From Octopus sinensis (taxonomy: Eukaryota), in contig NC_043005.1 in NCBI RefSeq assembly GCF_006345805.1, positions 30,752,001 to 30,816,000 on the forward strand: a stretch of DNA of 64,000 nucleotides, read 5' to 3'. This document shows positions 12,589 through 24,127 of this stretch, piece after piece. A program made the position numbers and the translations under genes. The notes under the pieces were generated by a model. That model was not told the origin of the DNA. It made no database searches and saw only the letters and a list, made by a program, of their open reading frames with translations. Each line of letters begins with the position of its first letter. Within the stretch, counting starts at the first letter, position 1.

Positions 12589-12717
12589 TTTTAGATAACA
12601 GGTAATAATATCAGGGAGATTTGATCACTCTTTTTTGCACGGATTGTCTTCGTCGGTTCCAAATCATGCAGTTTCAAAATGTGACTAGCCTCGATGGCTA
12701 CGACACACTGGATGGTG

Positions 12718-12723
12718 GTATGG

Positions 12724-12754
<31 letters not shown>

Positions 12755-12800
12755 GGTGGTGGTGGTGGTGGTGGTGGTGGTGGTGACGACGACGACGACA
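12718..12800. repeat. (GAT)n(GGT)n(GAC)n trinucleotide microsatellite
   Basis: Directly visible. Confidence 0.9.
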
Positions 12801-13489
12801 ACGACTGTGGCATTATCTCCACTCAGTAATCTCTATCCTTTTGTTACCCATTTTGTGTCCATACTCAGCAGTCCCTACCCAAACTATTCCCAGGTCTGCT
12901 TCCTCAGCATATTATCCCTCTGGAATTCCCTTCCCTGTCCCAATTAATTTGCTGCAATTCAAAAGTAACATTAAGATGGTCGATCTTATTAATCTCGGTC
13001 GGAAGATCTGCATTAGCCATTGGCATAACTCTTTCTGCCAGACCGAAGCAATAAAAAAAAATGCCAATCAAGTACTGAATAACCAAATTACTATATACAG
13101 AGCCTATAAGAGCCCTCTCTTACAGCTGGTACTAGCTGTCCGGCCTCTCCCCAAAAAGTTGGGTGAGTGAGAGACAACCCAGCTTCTCCCGAGCCCGAAA
13201 GCATTCTGATTCCACATTGACACATTTCTCTTGGAGATCTTGATTATATTCACCCCGATAAAGTGGCGAATAAATATTTGTGGTAGTTGTTTAACTTCTG
13301 AGTTTAAACTCTGGTTGTCAATTTGTGTTAAGATTGATTTATAGACTGTTCCTTCTAATAAAAAAATATCTGTTGCTTTGTTCGTTCTGATGTCAGAAAT
13401 CACACACACACACACACACCTGCTTGTTGTTTATACACCTGTCTTTGTCTTTTGTTTTTCTGTAAATTTCAACTATATATATATATATA

Positions 13490-13790
13490 TATATAGTGCT
13501 GACGTGTGTGACCTTATAGGATTGTACATCCCGGATATCCTTAGGAAAAAGTTCTCCTCTGTTCTCTTTCATCTCTACAGGGATGACGCCGTGGCCATTT
13601 CTAGGGGAGCAAGCGGCCACACACTAGATAGGCTTAGGAAGGGCTGGGATTGAAGATCACCATACAGCAGACTTCTTAGATGTCATGCTGGACTTGGACT
13701 CCGGTACCTAAAGCCCTGCTGCAAACCAAACGAGAAGCTAACATACATCAACGCAGCCTCATGCCACCTACCCATCATATTCAAGAACCT
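13490..13790 (+). mobile_element. Penelope-like retroelement, RT fragment (left part)
   Basis: SADVCDLIGLY...LYRDDAV...DFLDVMLDL...KPNEKLTYINAASCHLPIIFKNL matches PLE RT motifs. The frame resumes at 21355. Confidence 0.85.
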
Positions 13791-14334
13791 TGTAAGAATT
13801 AGCACTTCCCTCTCTAAGCCTATATTCGAAATCGAATCCAAGAATTCTCGGTCGTCCAAACCACGACGATCAACAGGCGCGAAAAAAAGGTTTCCTTTGT
13901 TCTGTCAAAAATTGACTGATTATCTCCCTTTGACCTGCGACCTCAGCCATGTCAGGCGAAGTTCAACTGGACAAGCGCTGACCTACTTAGATAGTAACTC
14001 TGTTGCAGTATGTCTATCTTTCTAGCTGTCTCAAATATTATAAATACAACGGGGAAAACAGAAAACACAATCACAGCGAAGACGGCAGCAGATAGATCTA
14101 TCTTGCCCCGCGTTTTGGAAACGACAGAGAAATGCCTACAGTATCTATCGACTACTGTTTCGAATGATTCACGCACACACCCAAACATATTCATCTTTAA
14201 TATGTGTTCTATACAAGCAATTCGTAGCAATTGCTTACATTTGTATGTAGTGTGCTTATAACCCATGTAAATAAATCCCTTTTTAATCATGAAACAATTT
14301 ATGTATTTATTTACATACACACACATCCACTACA
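13791..14334 (+). repeat. 5' LTR (544 bp)
   Basis: Runs TGTAAGAATT...CCACTACA and matches 18895-19137 plus 21058-21354. Confidence 0.95.
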
Positions 14335-14336
14335 TT

Positions 14337-14347
14337 TGGTGACCCCG
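14337..14347 (+). other. Primer binding site, tRNA-Trp type
   Basis: TGGTGACCCCG lies 2 nt after the LTR and is complementary to the metazoan tRNA-Trp 3' end (CGGGGTCACCA). Confidence 0.8.
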
Positions 14348-14453
14348 TCAAACGAATTGCGCCTTCCCCGGAACCAGCTTCACCAACCGCGTCGAAGAAT
14401 TACAGTTTGCACATCAGCCGGCAACGAAACACCTGAGAATTCCGACGAACACA

Positions 14454-15865
14454 ATGGCCCTCACGGAACAGAATCCAGCGGCCAACATCATACCTCCGAT
14501 CGACATAGCATTCCAAGCGGCGATTTCTTTGAAAATTCCACCATTCTGGACCCACGACCCTGCATTATGGTTTTACCATACAGAGGCACAGTTTTCCTCT
14601 CACCGAATACTGAGCGATGCCTCTCGACTTTCGCACGTTATCGGTTCTCTGTCACCAGAAATCACAAACGTGGTCCGTGATCTTATCATGGCACCAGCCG
14701 GTTCTGTGTCGTACGGCACTTTTAAAACCACGCTGATAAACAGAACCTCCGAATCGCAACAGAAACGACTTCACCAGCTTCTGATATCGGAAGAATTGGG
14801 TGACAAAACGCCGTCCCAGCTTCTTTATAGAATGAAGCAGCTTCTCGGAGATGAGAGCCTCCCGGAAAAAATTTTCAAGCAGCTTTTGCTCCAGCGTCTG
14901 CCCTCCAATACCCAGGTTGTTCTCGCTTCTACTAGAGAAAATACATCTGTAGTGATCCTATACAACGGCGCGCGCTCGCGCACCGTCCATTTGTATTTCG
15001 CGCGTGCGGGGTTGGTGCTTTCACCACCGGAAGAAGAACCCTTTTGCCTACGTAGCAGTTAGCCGAGGCAAGGGGGTCGTAAGACGTTGACTACCAGCGT
15101 CCAGCAAGCAGCGACTGAGGGCGACGGTCACATATATTTCCTCTCCGTCCGAACTAGATTCTAGCAGCACCTTACCAAAAGGCCTTTAACCAAATTGTTG
15201 CAGACCAACATCGTCTCCATTGTTCGCCGCCATCTTTGACCAGTGTCGTTTTGCATTTGAACACTTTCTTATTTTACAGAGATAAGGTTCAGCACGACAC
15301 ATTTATACCAAAGGGATACCAGATAACCACTTATTGTTACTGTTACCACATTAGAGAATAAAGTAGTATATATATTATTTACGTCTGCGTCTTGTTGTTT
15401 CTGACTGGTAGAATTCTGGATTATTAAAGCAACGGCTAGTGATTGCCTCTTGTACCCCGAAAGTACAAGAGAAGATACACTCACACTAAGTTCGTTACAG
15501 TATCCATTGAAGAACTGGCGGAGCTAGCTGACAAAATAGCCGAGGTACCACACAAATATCCAACGGTATCGACGGTGACGCCAGCCGCTCCCAGTACCAA
15601 TCCTTTCCGTGCACAAACCAGTTTTTCCGAGATTTCGGACTTGCGTGCATTAATGATGCAGCAAGCTACTCAAATTCAGACCCTCACCACCCAAATACAG
15701 GCCCTATCGCGACGAGATGGCAGACGGTCCCGAAGCCCCAGTGCTACCCGCAACTCACATGACACGTGTTGGTACCACCGAACATTCGGAACACGGGCAC
15801 AAAAATGTACGGTACCATGCTCGTTTTCCTCATCCAGCTCGGGAAACGGCACAGCCAGGAATTGA
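14454..15865 (+). pseudogene. Gypsy gag, interrupted at 14948-15499
   Basis: KIPPFWTHDPALWF...LGDKTPSQLL...QRLPSN...STRENTS / IEELAELADKI...CWYHRTFGTRAQKCTVPC. Confidence 0.9.
14948..15499. mobile_element. Solo LTR of a different LTR element inserted in gag (552 bp)
   Basis: Ends TGTAGTGA...TCGTTACA, has an internal AATAAA, shows no similarity to the host LTR, and has an imperfect 5-bp flank (ACATC/GTATC). Gag reads through once it is removed. Confidence 0.7.
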
Positions 15866-15903
15866 ACGCGACGGAAGTTCCTGGCTCGCACCCACACAGT
15901 CGC
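15841..15903 (+). promoter_or_regulatory. -1 ribosomal frameshift signal: slippery heptamer plus H-type pseudoknot
   Basis: G GGA AAC lies in the gag frame at 15841-15847. Stem 1 is AGCCAGGAA/TTCCTGGCT and stem 2 is GCGAC/GTCGC. The -1 frame is pol. Confidence 0.8.
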
Positions 15904-18160
15904 CTGTTTTTCGTTTGCGATCGGGTAACAGGCACGCGTTTCCTGGTTGACACCGGTGCGGAAGTCAGCATCATCCCTGTCTCCAACACTTCTGGAAAAA
16001 GAAAAGAGACACCAGTCTGTCTTCAGGCAGTCAACTATTCACCCATCCCAACCTACGGTGAACAGTCCCTAACATTGAACTTAGGACTACACCGCACATT
16101 TCAGTGGGTATTCGTCGTCGCTAAACTGTCGACCCCTATCTTAGGAGCCGATTTCCTGCATCATTTCGGTCTCCTGGTAGACATTAAGAACAAACGACTT
16201 GTCGACAGCACCACCAAGCTTACTGTGCGCGATATAGCCGCTCATATGGCCACAGTCAGCCCAACTGTATTGCTTACAACAACGACTCGTCACAGTTCCA
16301 TCCTGAAGGAATATCCGGACGTCGCTCGACCAGTATCCCACAACCAGCCGATCAAACACGACGTTACCCACCATATCAAAACCAGTGGTCCACCTGTTGC
16401 TGCAAGGCCTAGAAGGTTACCACCTGATCCTTCTCCAGGCCGTCAAGCGGGAATTCCAGCACATGCTCGACCTCGGAATCATCCGCCCTTCCAGCAGCAA
16501 CTGGTCCTCGCCGATACACTGCGTCCCAAAAAAATCATCGACCGATTGGCGGGTTTGCGGTGATTATCGATCGCTGAATAAAAGCACTATTAGTGATGCC
16601 TATCCGGTGCCCTTTCTTCAAGTCTTTTCGAGCTCGCTGCATGGAGCTCGCATCTTTTCCAAAATCGACCTTGTGCGAGCATACAACCAAATCCCAGTGG
16701 AACCTGCGGACATTCCGAAGACAGCGGTTACTACACCTTTCGGAATGTTTGAATTCCTGCGTATGTTTTTCGGTTTACGCAACGCGGCACAGACATTCCA
16801 AAGGTTTATCGACATGGTGACTAGAGGTTTGCCTTTCGTCTATGCCTACATAGACGACATACTCGTGACCAGTAACTCGGACGAAGAACATAACCAACAC
16901 CTTCACCTACTATTCGAACACCTTCGCAAATTCGGTGTTGACCAACTTAGCAGCCGATGCACTTTCACGCACGCAGATCAATGCTATCCACACCACGTCT
17001 ACAATTGATCTAGCACGTATAGGAGAATGACGAAGAACTTCTAAAGCTCCGGAATTCGTCATCTCTGAAATTTCAGCATGTTCCGCTACCATCATCTACG
17101 GCCCATATTTGGTGTGATATCTCCACTGGTTACCAACGCCCTTATGTACCACAGAAACATCGTCTAGAAGTTTTCTCCGCTCTGCATTCTCTGTCACATC
17201 CTGGTATTCGCTCTACTCAAAAGCTGATATCGACCCGTTTCGTGTGGACCAGTATCAACAAGGATATCAGAGAATGGACCAAGTGCTGTGTTGCGTGCCA
17301 AAAAGCGAAAATCCACCGGCACATAAAATCACCAATCGATTCATTTTCGCAACCCGACGCTCGATTTCAGCACGTTCACATTGATATCGTCGGACCCCTG
17401 CCACCTTCGCAGAACTATACGTATTTGCTTACCTGCGTAGATCGTTTTTCGCGATGGCCCGAAGCCTGGCCCTTATCTGATATATCAGCAGAAACGGTCG
17501 CCAAAATGTTGATATCACAATGGGTTTCGCGTTTTGGCACACCCGCAACAATCACCACCGACAGAGGACGTCAGTTCGATTCCCACCTTTTAACTGAGCT
17601 GACTCGTCTCCTCGGGTGTAAACACACCCGCACTACGGCTTACCACCCTGCAGCAAATGGCATGGTCGAACGCTTTCACCGCCAACTCAAGGAATCTATC
17701 AAAGCAGCTCCAGACAGTTCTCACTGGTTGGAACATCTCCCTTTCATCCTCCTTGGAATTCGATCCACGGTTAAGGAAGAACTGGGATATACTCCGGCTG
17801 AACTCGTTTATGGCACAGCACTCATCTTACCTGGGCAGATGATCGAACCTGTTTCACAAGACTTTCCTGACCCACAACAATATGTGCACCGATTACGGAC
17901 ATCCATGTCGCAGTTATCACCTTCAGGTCCCAGACAACAGAACGTCGTTTCACGTGTCCCAAAAGATGTCAACACCTGGACTCGTGTCTTCGTGAGGAAT
18001 TATGGGATACCATCTCAACTTCGGCCACCATATTCCGGGCCCTACAAGGTTATCAAAAGAGAAACCCAAGTATTTCGTCTTCGATATTGGAGGTAAACGA
18101 AATACGGTCTCGATTGATCGTTTAAAAAAAGCCTTCATCGAGGAGGACTTACATTCAGTT
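15841..18160 (+). pseudogene. Gypsy pol (PR, RT, RNase H largely deleted, integrase) with frameshifts
   Basis: FLVDTGAEVS (PR); [11 protein letters not shown]...DYRSLN...AYIDDILV (RT); [11 protein letters not shown]...TDRGRQF...NGMVERFHR...YSGPYKVI (IN). Confidence 0.92.
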
Positions 18161-18881
18161 CCCTCCTTTCCTCGAACAGACTCAACAACTCCAGCAAACA
18201 CCACAGATTCTGCACAACACCGACACACCAAATCGGGAAGAACAGTTCGATGGCCAGCAAGGTTTGTGCAAGTTTTTCGGGTAAGTTCCGAACTCTTAAC
18301 TTATCCATCTTCCTAAATGAAATGCATACATCAACACATAACTCACATAACTGCATCACCCACATACAAACCCAAAAAAATCAAAGAACATTCGTGTACA
18401 TAAAGAAAAAAAAAGAAAACAAAAACGTGTTCCACATTAACGAAAAACTGTCTGTATGAACATTTACGGAACATTTCACAATCGAACTTTGCCGATGAAC
18501 ATTTCTTTCATTTTTGCATGTACATATGTTTTGTTTTCCCTTTAAAATGTTTTACCTTCTTGTATATATATATGTTCACACATTTACAAGTCATATTCTC
18601 ATGTGTGCTACCACTCGATCTTTTTCGCCACTGAAAGACACCTTGCCTCTATTAGACCTCTAGTGGGTCGAGTAATCAATAAACGCACATCTCTTTCGAC
18701 GCGCCAACATATTTCTGCCTGGGCACATATACATATTGCCCACCATATAGCACACACAAACAGTAAACCTTTGCTTCATATTTTTATTGTTCATTTGTCT
18801 GTTACAATGTGTAAATTATTTCTGCATACACACAAATAAAATAACATTCCAATATCGTTCGATCTCTGTGGCTTTCTCACT

Positions 18882-18894
18882 AGAAGGTGGGTAG
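18882..18894 (+). other. Polypurine tract
   Basis: AGAAGGTGGGTAG lies immediately before the 3' LTR TGTAAG. Confidence 0.7.
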
Positions 18895-19137
18895 TGTAAG
18901 AATTAGCACTTCCTTCTCTAAGCCTAGATTCGCAATCGAATCCAAGAATTCTCGGTCGTCCAAACCACGACGATCAACAGGCGCGAAAAAAAGGTTTCCT
19001 TTGTTGTCAAAAATTGATTGATCATCTCCCTTTGACCTGCGACCTCAGCCATGTCAGGCGAAGTTCAACAGGACAAGCGCTGACCTACTTAGATAGTAAC
19101 TCTGTTGCAGTATGTCTATCTTTGTAGCTGTCTCAAA

Positions 19138-21057
19138 TCTCTATATATAAAAGTGAAGTTGTGTGAGTGTCTGTCTCCTACGATTTAGATTCCTAACTAC
19201 TCCCACATTTTGCGGTGCAGTTTAACCAAATTTGGGTATCTTATAGTCGTGATTCATATCGAGCCCTTCTGGGTATTAGCGCGCGTCTACGATGAGTCTA
19301 CGATTTAAAAAATAATTTACCATAATTTTTTTCCATTTTAACGCATATTCTTTTCCTTCCCTCGTGAAGCTGTGGGGAAGGGAGTGTAAGGAAATCAACG
19401 TCGTAAAGCGTTGTCAAGGAGACCAGCGTTCTTTTAGAACAACGACTTCATGGCTTGAAGACACCAAAACAGAAATGGCTAAGAAAGCCCGAAAGCAAAT
19501 TCTACAAAATCGGGAAACACGCCACACAGGGAAGGTTTCCTGTGCAAATAATTTGCACAACCGAATGTTATAGTTGTTGCACAACTTTTACTTAAAAAAT
19601 ATTATCCAAACACAAACTTTTGAAGGCAATATTGTATGGCGATGGTACTTGTGAAATATGGTAATGGATTTAGTAGCCAAAAGGAGAGAGCAGAGGCATT
19701 GTATGGTGGTGGTGGAGGCGGTGGTAGTGGCAGCGGTGGTGGCGGTGGTGCTGGTAGTGGTGATGGTGGTCGTGGTCGTGGTGGTCGTCGTGTTTGTGGT
19801 GGTGGTGGTGTTGTTGTTGGTGGTGGTGGTGGGGGGTGATGATGATGGTGGTCGTCGTCGTCGTGGCGGTCTTCGTGATGGTGGTGGTGATGGTCATGGG
19901 CGTAGTGGTGGTGGTGGTCATGGTGGTAGTGGTGATGGTGTTGGTCGTGGTGGTGGTGGTGGCTGAAGCTGTCGTCTGGGGTCTTCCAATTTTTTCGTGT
20001 GTCGGTGGCGGCGTTGGCGTTCATGCTCGCACCTGCATCTGTGTAGCTCCTCCCCTTCTTCCCTCCCTCGTGAAGCTGTGTGGAAGGCAGGGTAGGGAAA
20101 TCAACGTCGTAAAGCGTTGTCAAGGAGACCAGCGTTCTTTTAGAACAACGACTTCATGGCTTGAAGTCGCCAAAACAGAAATCGCTAAAAAAGCTGAAAC
20201 AGATCCACAAAAACAGCAAAAACCGCCACACAGGGCAGGTTTCCTGTGCAAACAATTTGCACAACCGAATGTTTTAGTTGTTGCACAAATCTTTATATAT
20301 AAAAGTGAAGTTGTGTCTGTCTCCTACAATTTAGATTCCTAACTACTCCCACATTTTGCGGTGCAGTTTAACCAAAACCGGGTATCTTATAGTCGTGATT
20401 CATATCGAGCCCTTCTGGGTATTAGCGCGCGTCTACGATGAGTCTACGATTTTCAAAAAAATGTACCATCATTTTTTCCATTTTAATGCATTTTTTCGCT
20501 ATTATATAAGGGAAGTAACTCTCTAAAAATGTCTACGATGAGTCAACGATTTAAAAAAAAATTACCATCATTTTTAATTCCATTTTTAATGCATTTTTTT
20601 GCTATAACTCTCTAAAAATGCTTATATAGTTATTTCCCTTACAAATCCGAGCAACGCCGGGCGATACTGCTAGTATCTTTATATATAAAAGTGAAGTTGT
20701 GTCTCCTACGATTTAGATTCCTAACTACTCCCACATTTTGCGGTGCAGTTTAACCAAAACCGGGTATCTTATAGTCGTGATTCATATCGATCCCTTCTGG
20801 GTATTAGCGCGCGTCTACGATGAGTCTACGATTTTTAAAATAATTTACCATCATTTTTTCCATTTTAATGCATTTTTTCGCTAAGGGAAGTAACTCTCTA
20901 AAAATGTCTACGATGAGTCAACGATTTAAAAAAAATTTACCATCATTTTTTTCCCATTTTTAATGCATTTTTTTGCTATTTTTTGGCTATAACTCTCTAA
21001 AATGCTTATATAGTTATTTCCCTTACAAATCCGAGCAACGCCGGGCGATACTGTTAG
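19138..21057 (+). mobile_element. Cluster of non-autonomous Helitron-like units inside the 3' LTR
   Basis: Units start TC(T/C)TATATATAAAAGTG at 19138, 20290 and 20676. Two end with the hairpin ccgagcaacgccgg followed by CTAG (20673) or TTAG (21057). No TSD. Confidence 0.8.
19700..19965. repeat. (GGT/GGC/CGT)n compound trinucleotide repeat
   Basis: Directly visible; it generates several spurious low-complexity ORFs. Confidence 0.9.
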
Positions 21058-21354
21058 TTATAAATACAACGGGGATAACAGAAAACACAATCACAGCGAA
21101 GACGGCAGCAGACAGATCTATCTCGCCCCGCGTTTTGGAAACGACAGAGAAATGCCTACAGTATCTATCGACTACTGTTTCGAATGATTCACGCACACAC
21201 CCAAACATATTCATCTTTAATATGTGTTCTATACAAGCAATTCGTAGCAATTGCTTACATTTGTATGTAGTGTACTTATAACCCATGTAAATAAATCCCT
21301 TTTTAATCATGAAATAATTTATGTATTTATTTACATACACACACATCCACTACA

Positions 21355-21878
21355 ACCTCATAAAGGGTGTCAGTAAGAGGATTTTAAGCCTTTCCTCTAA
21401 CCAAGAGGCCTTTGACGCAGCAGCCCTATACTATAACGAGGCCCTAGCCGCCAGAAGGTTCAAGGACTGCATCTCCTATATGCCAGAACCCATCACCCGC
21501 AGAAGGAAATGCTGCAGGAATACAATTTGGTTTTCCACCTCTTCTCCCTTAACACTATAACGGCCGTAGGTAGACTTTTCATTAAGTTAATAGGCAAACA
21601 CTTTACTAACTCCCATAGGTACACCCTTATTTTCAATAGGCACAACATTAGGCTCTCACTTAGCTGTGGCCCTAGCATTAAGAGTATCTTAGTTAGCGCC
21701 CCAAAGCAACGGTAAGAGGTGGGGTTATTCATGCAGAATCCGCAACAGTTGCCCAGTAGAAGGCTGCTGTAAAATCAAAGGCGTTATCTATCAGGTCGAG
21801 GTACGGGTGAACACGGCCAATTGCACCAGCAGAAACACTAACAGCCATAGCAGCAGTAGACACGATGTAAAAATGTAT
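21355..21878 (+). mobile_element. Penelope-like element, right part: RT thumb, Cys linker and start of the GIY-YIG endonuclease
   Basis: NLIKGVSKRILSLSSNQEAF...IWF...KHF...IFNRHNIRLSLSC...SCRIRNSCPVEGCCKIKGVIYQVEV...KMYV. Confidence 0.85.
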
Positions 21879-21889
21879 GTGTATGTATG

Positions 21890-21945
<56 letters not shown>

Positions 21946-22029
21946 ATTATATATATATATAATATATATACGTTTAAATATTTGTTGTGCAAGATTTTTT
22001 ATGTGAAGTCGTGTGTTGAAACAGATATT

Positions 22030-22888
22030 GTTATATTTCGGAATGGTCATATTGCCAGTTTAGCCAATAAAAACACACGCACTATATATTTGGTGTTATT
22101 TTGCTTCAGTGATATTTATTTTTTACATTAATCTTAATCTTATTTCGGCCAAGTTCTTTCGTCACACTCCTGTGACCGCATCAGTGGTCCTTTGTTTTCT
22201 TCTCACTTACTTGTGTCTCTCCTTACTAACCGTCAGCCATTTTGTATTTCTATTGTATGTCTTCATTTGCGCATGCTTATATCTCTATGTGCGTCTATGT
22301 TTATTTAGTGTGTGTGTGGGGGGGATGCCTGTAATATTTGTATCTTCTGGTTATATACATTCTTGTAATTTGTATTTTGTTGTTGTTGCTTTTGTTCTAA
22401 TTTTGTTCATGTGTTTACATCCACCCATTATTATCATTATATATGCTTGTATGTATGTATAACAACAATATTAGTAATAATAATAATAAATCTAATCGAA
22501 AAAAAATATATATATACATATACATATATATATATACATACATATACATATACATATACATATATATACATATATACACACATACATACACATATAGATA
22601 TTCATTTCTATTTCTTTAATTACCTGTGTATTTATTATGTTTGCAGGATCCACTATTGTCATATGTTGTGGTGTGCGCTATTGCTCCATTCTAGTTTTCT
22701 ATTCAAGTAAGTGAGAAGAAAACAAAGGACCACTGATGCGGTCACAGGAGTGTGACGAAAGAACTTTGGCCGAAATAAGATTAAGATTAATGTAAAAAAT
22801 AAATATCACTGAAGCAAAATAACACCAAATATATAGTGCGTGTGTTTTTATTGGCTAAACTGGCAATATGACCATTCCGAAATATAAC
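22030..22888. repeat. Inverted repeat with ~184-bp arms (22030-22213 and 22704-22888) carrying a hammerhead-like motif
   Basis: The arms are reverse complements apart from one indel. The motif is at 22730-22769. Confidence 0.85.
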
Positions 22889-22929
22889 TATATATATATA
22901 TATATATATATATTAGGTAAAAAATTTCG

Positions 22930-23200
22930 CGCCCTGGATACACACGTAGAGAGAAATATAAATGTCCTCTGGGACAGGAGTGTGATATATCTTCCATTGT
23001 TTAAGAAGCACAGGCTTCAGCAAACTACGACGATGGTCGTACAGATATCAAACATTATATTACACGGCTGTGGAAGGAAAATTTTAATCGATATATAACA
23101 ACCATCTTTCGCGTCTTAAGTACCGCGATAAGAGACATGGATTTCTTTAACGAGATACGCTTTATAACATCACCTGACGAGACAGTTCTGCCTCGAAGAA
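22930..23200 (+). mobile_element. Second, more decayed Penelope GIY-YIG endonuclease remnant
   Basis: Frameshifted REKYKCPLG...SVIY...KHYI...YNNHLSRLKYRDKRH. Confidence 0.5.
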
Positions 23201-23385
23201 TACACCCCAACTGACTATACAGTATCCCACCCGCAAGGGTTCGATGCATGACGGGTCGAAACGAGTGTTGTGAGCAATAAAGTTTCTTGCATATTCCATT
23301 TTCTGTCTCTATCATTTGTTTTATACTCAACGAACTCTGAGGAATTCCTGAGGCAGATCCAGCAACGGTTGTGGAAACACCGTGG

Positions 23386-23395
23386 ATGACGTCAT
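23386..23395. promoter_or_regulatory. Perfect CRE palindrome upstream of ATF6
   Basis: ATGACGTCAT lies in a locally CpG-richer region about 670 bp upstream of the ATG. Confidence 0.4.
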
Positions 23396-24057
23396 GTAGC
23401 TATAAGCAGTGAACATGCTTCAACGGTTAACTATTAGGAACATACCCAAATCTTAAATAATTACTTTTGTATATATACTACATGAGAATTGGTTAGGAGG
23501 ACTAAATTATACCATCATACGCCAGTAAACGTTTCCGCTAATCGTTATAGGCAGTTTTGGAAGTATCAAAATTTTGCATGCTGGTTTCGTTATTTTTAAA
23601 CTGAAGGAAAATAGGTAATTTCACTTCTGCCTCTTCTACGTCCGACTTCAACTATTTTCAAATCTCAGAAATTTCCGACAACGCTGGCGTCCCCAAAATA
23701 ACATTCGGGTTTGATTTAGTAATATGGTGTGTGATTATTGGCTTAAAGCAAAAGTCCACACTTTCTTTAAAAAGGGTAAACGGAATTGTAACATGCGAAT
23801 TAAATCCTGTTGAAAGAATTTACTCATGAAAATTAAATGAATGATAAGGTGGAAGCGTAAATAAATAGACCAATGAAAATGATGTTGACAGACTAAACTA
23901 AACGATGCTGATAAGTGACCAATGAAAACGATATTTTCAGTGTGTACTAATCGATGTTTGTTTTGTTAACAGTCGTAACTAAGCGATAGTGTCTAATGTC
24001 TGACCAGGTTGGGAGAGCAACTTTGATGGAAGATTATTTTGTTAACCACACTACGCC

Positions 24058-24127
24058 ATGGCAACGACAAACTTGAGTCTTTCTGATCAATTTCTGGAGG
24101 ATAATTTCTTCCATGAAGATGAATTCG
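24058..24127 (+). CDS. ATF6: ATF6 exon 1 ([23 protein letters not shown])
   Basis: Strong Kozak context gccATGG, donor G/GTAAGT, phase 1 matches exon 2. Confidence 0.8.

Larger units (their letters stand above)
13791..21354 (+). mobile_element. Ty3/Gypsy LTR retrotransposon, two LTRs, inactivated, with nested insertions
   Basis: TG...CA LTRs at 13791-14334 and 18895-21354, TSD ACCT at 13787-13790 and 21355-21358, PBS, PPT, and order gag-PR-RT-IN. Confidence 0.95.

Noticed and set aside
19602-20342. Long His/Pro-, Gly- and Val-rich ORFs
   Set aside because: They are translations of a (GGT)n-type microsatellite inside the Helitron cluster.
23174-23200. CTGACGAG...CTCGAAG hammerhead-like string at the Penelope remnant end
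   Set aside because: It lacks GAAA, and helices I and III cannot be formed.
23869-23935. Possible ERSE autoregulatory element
   Set aside because: Neither CCAAT is followed by N9-CCACG.
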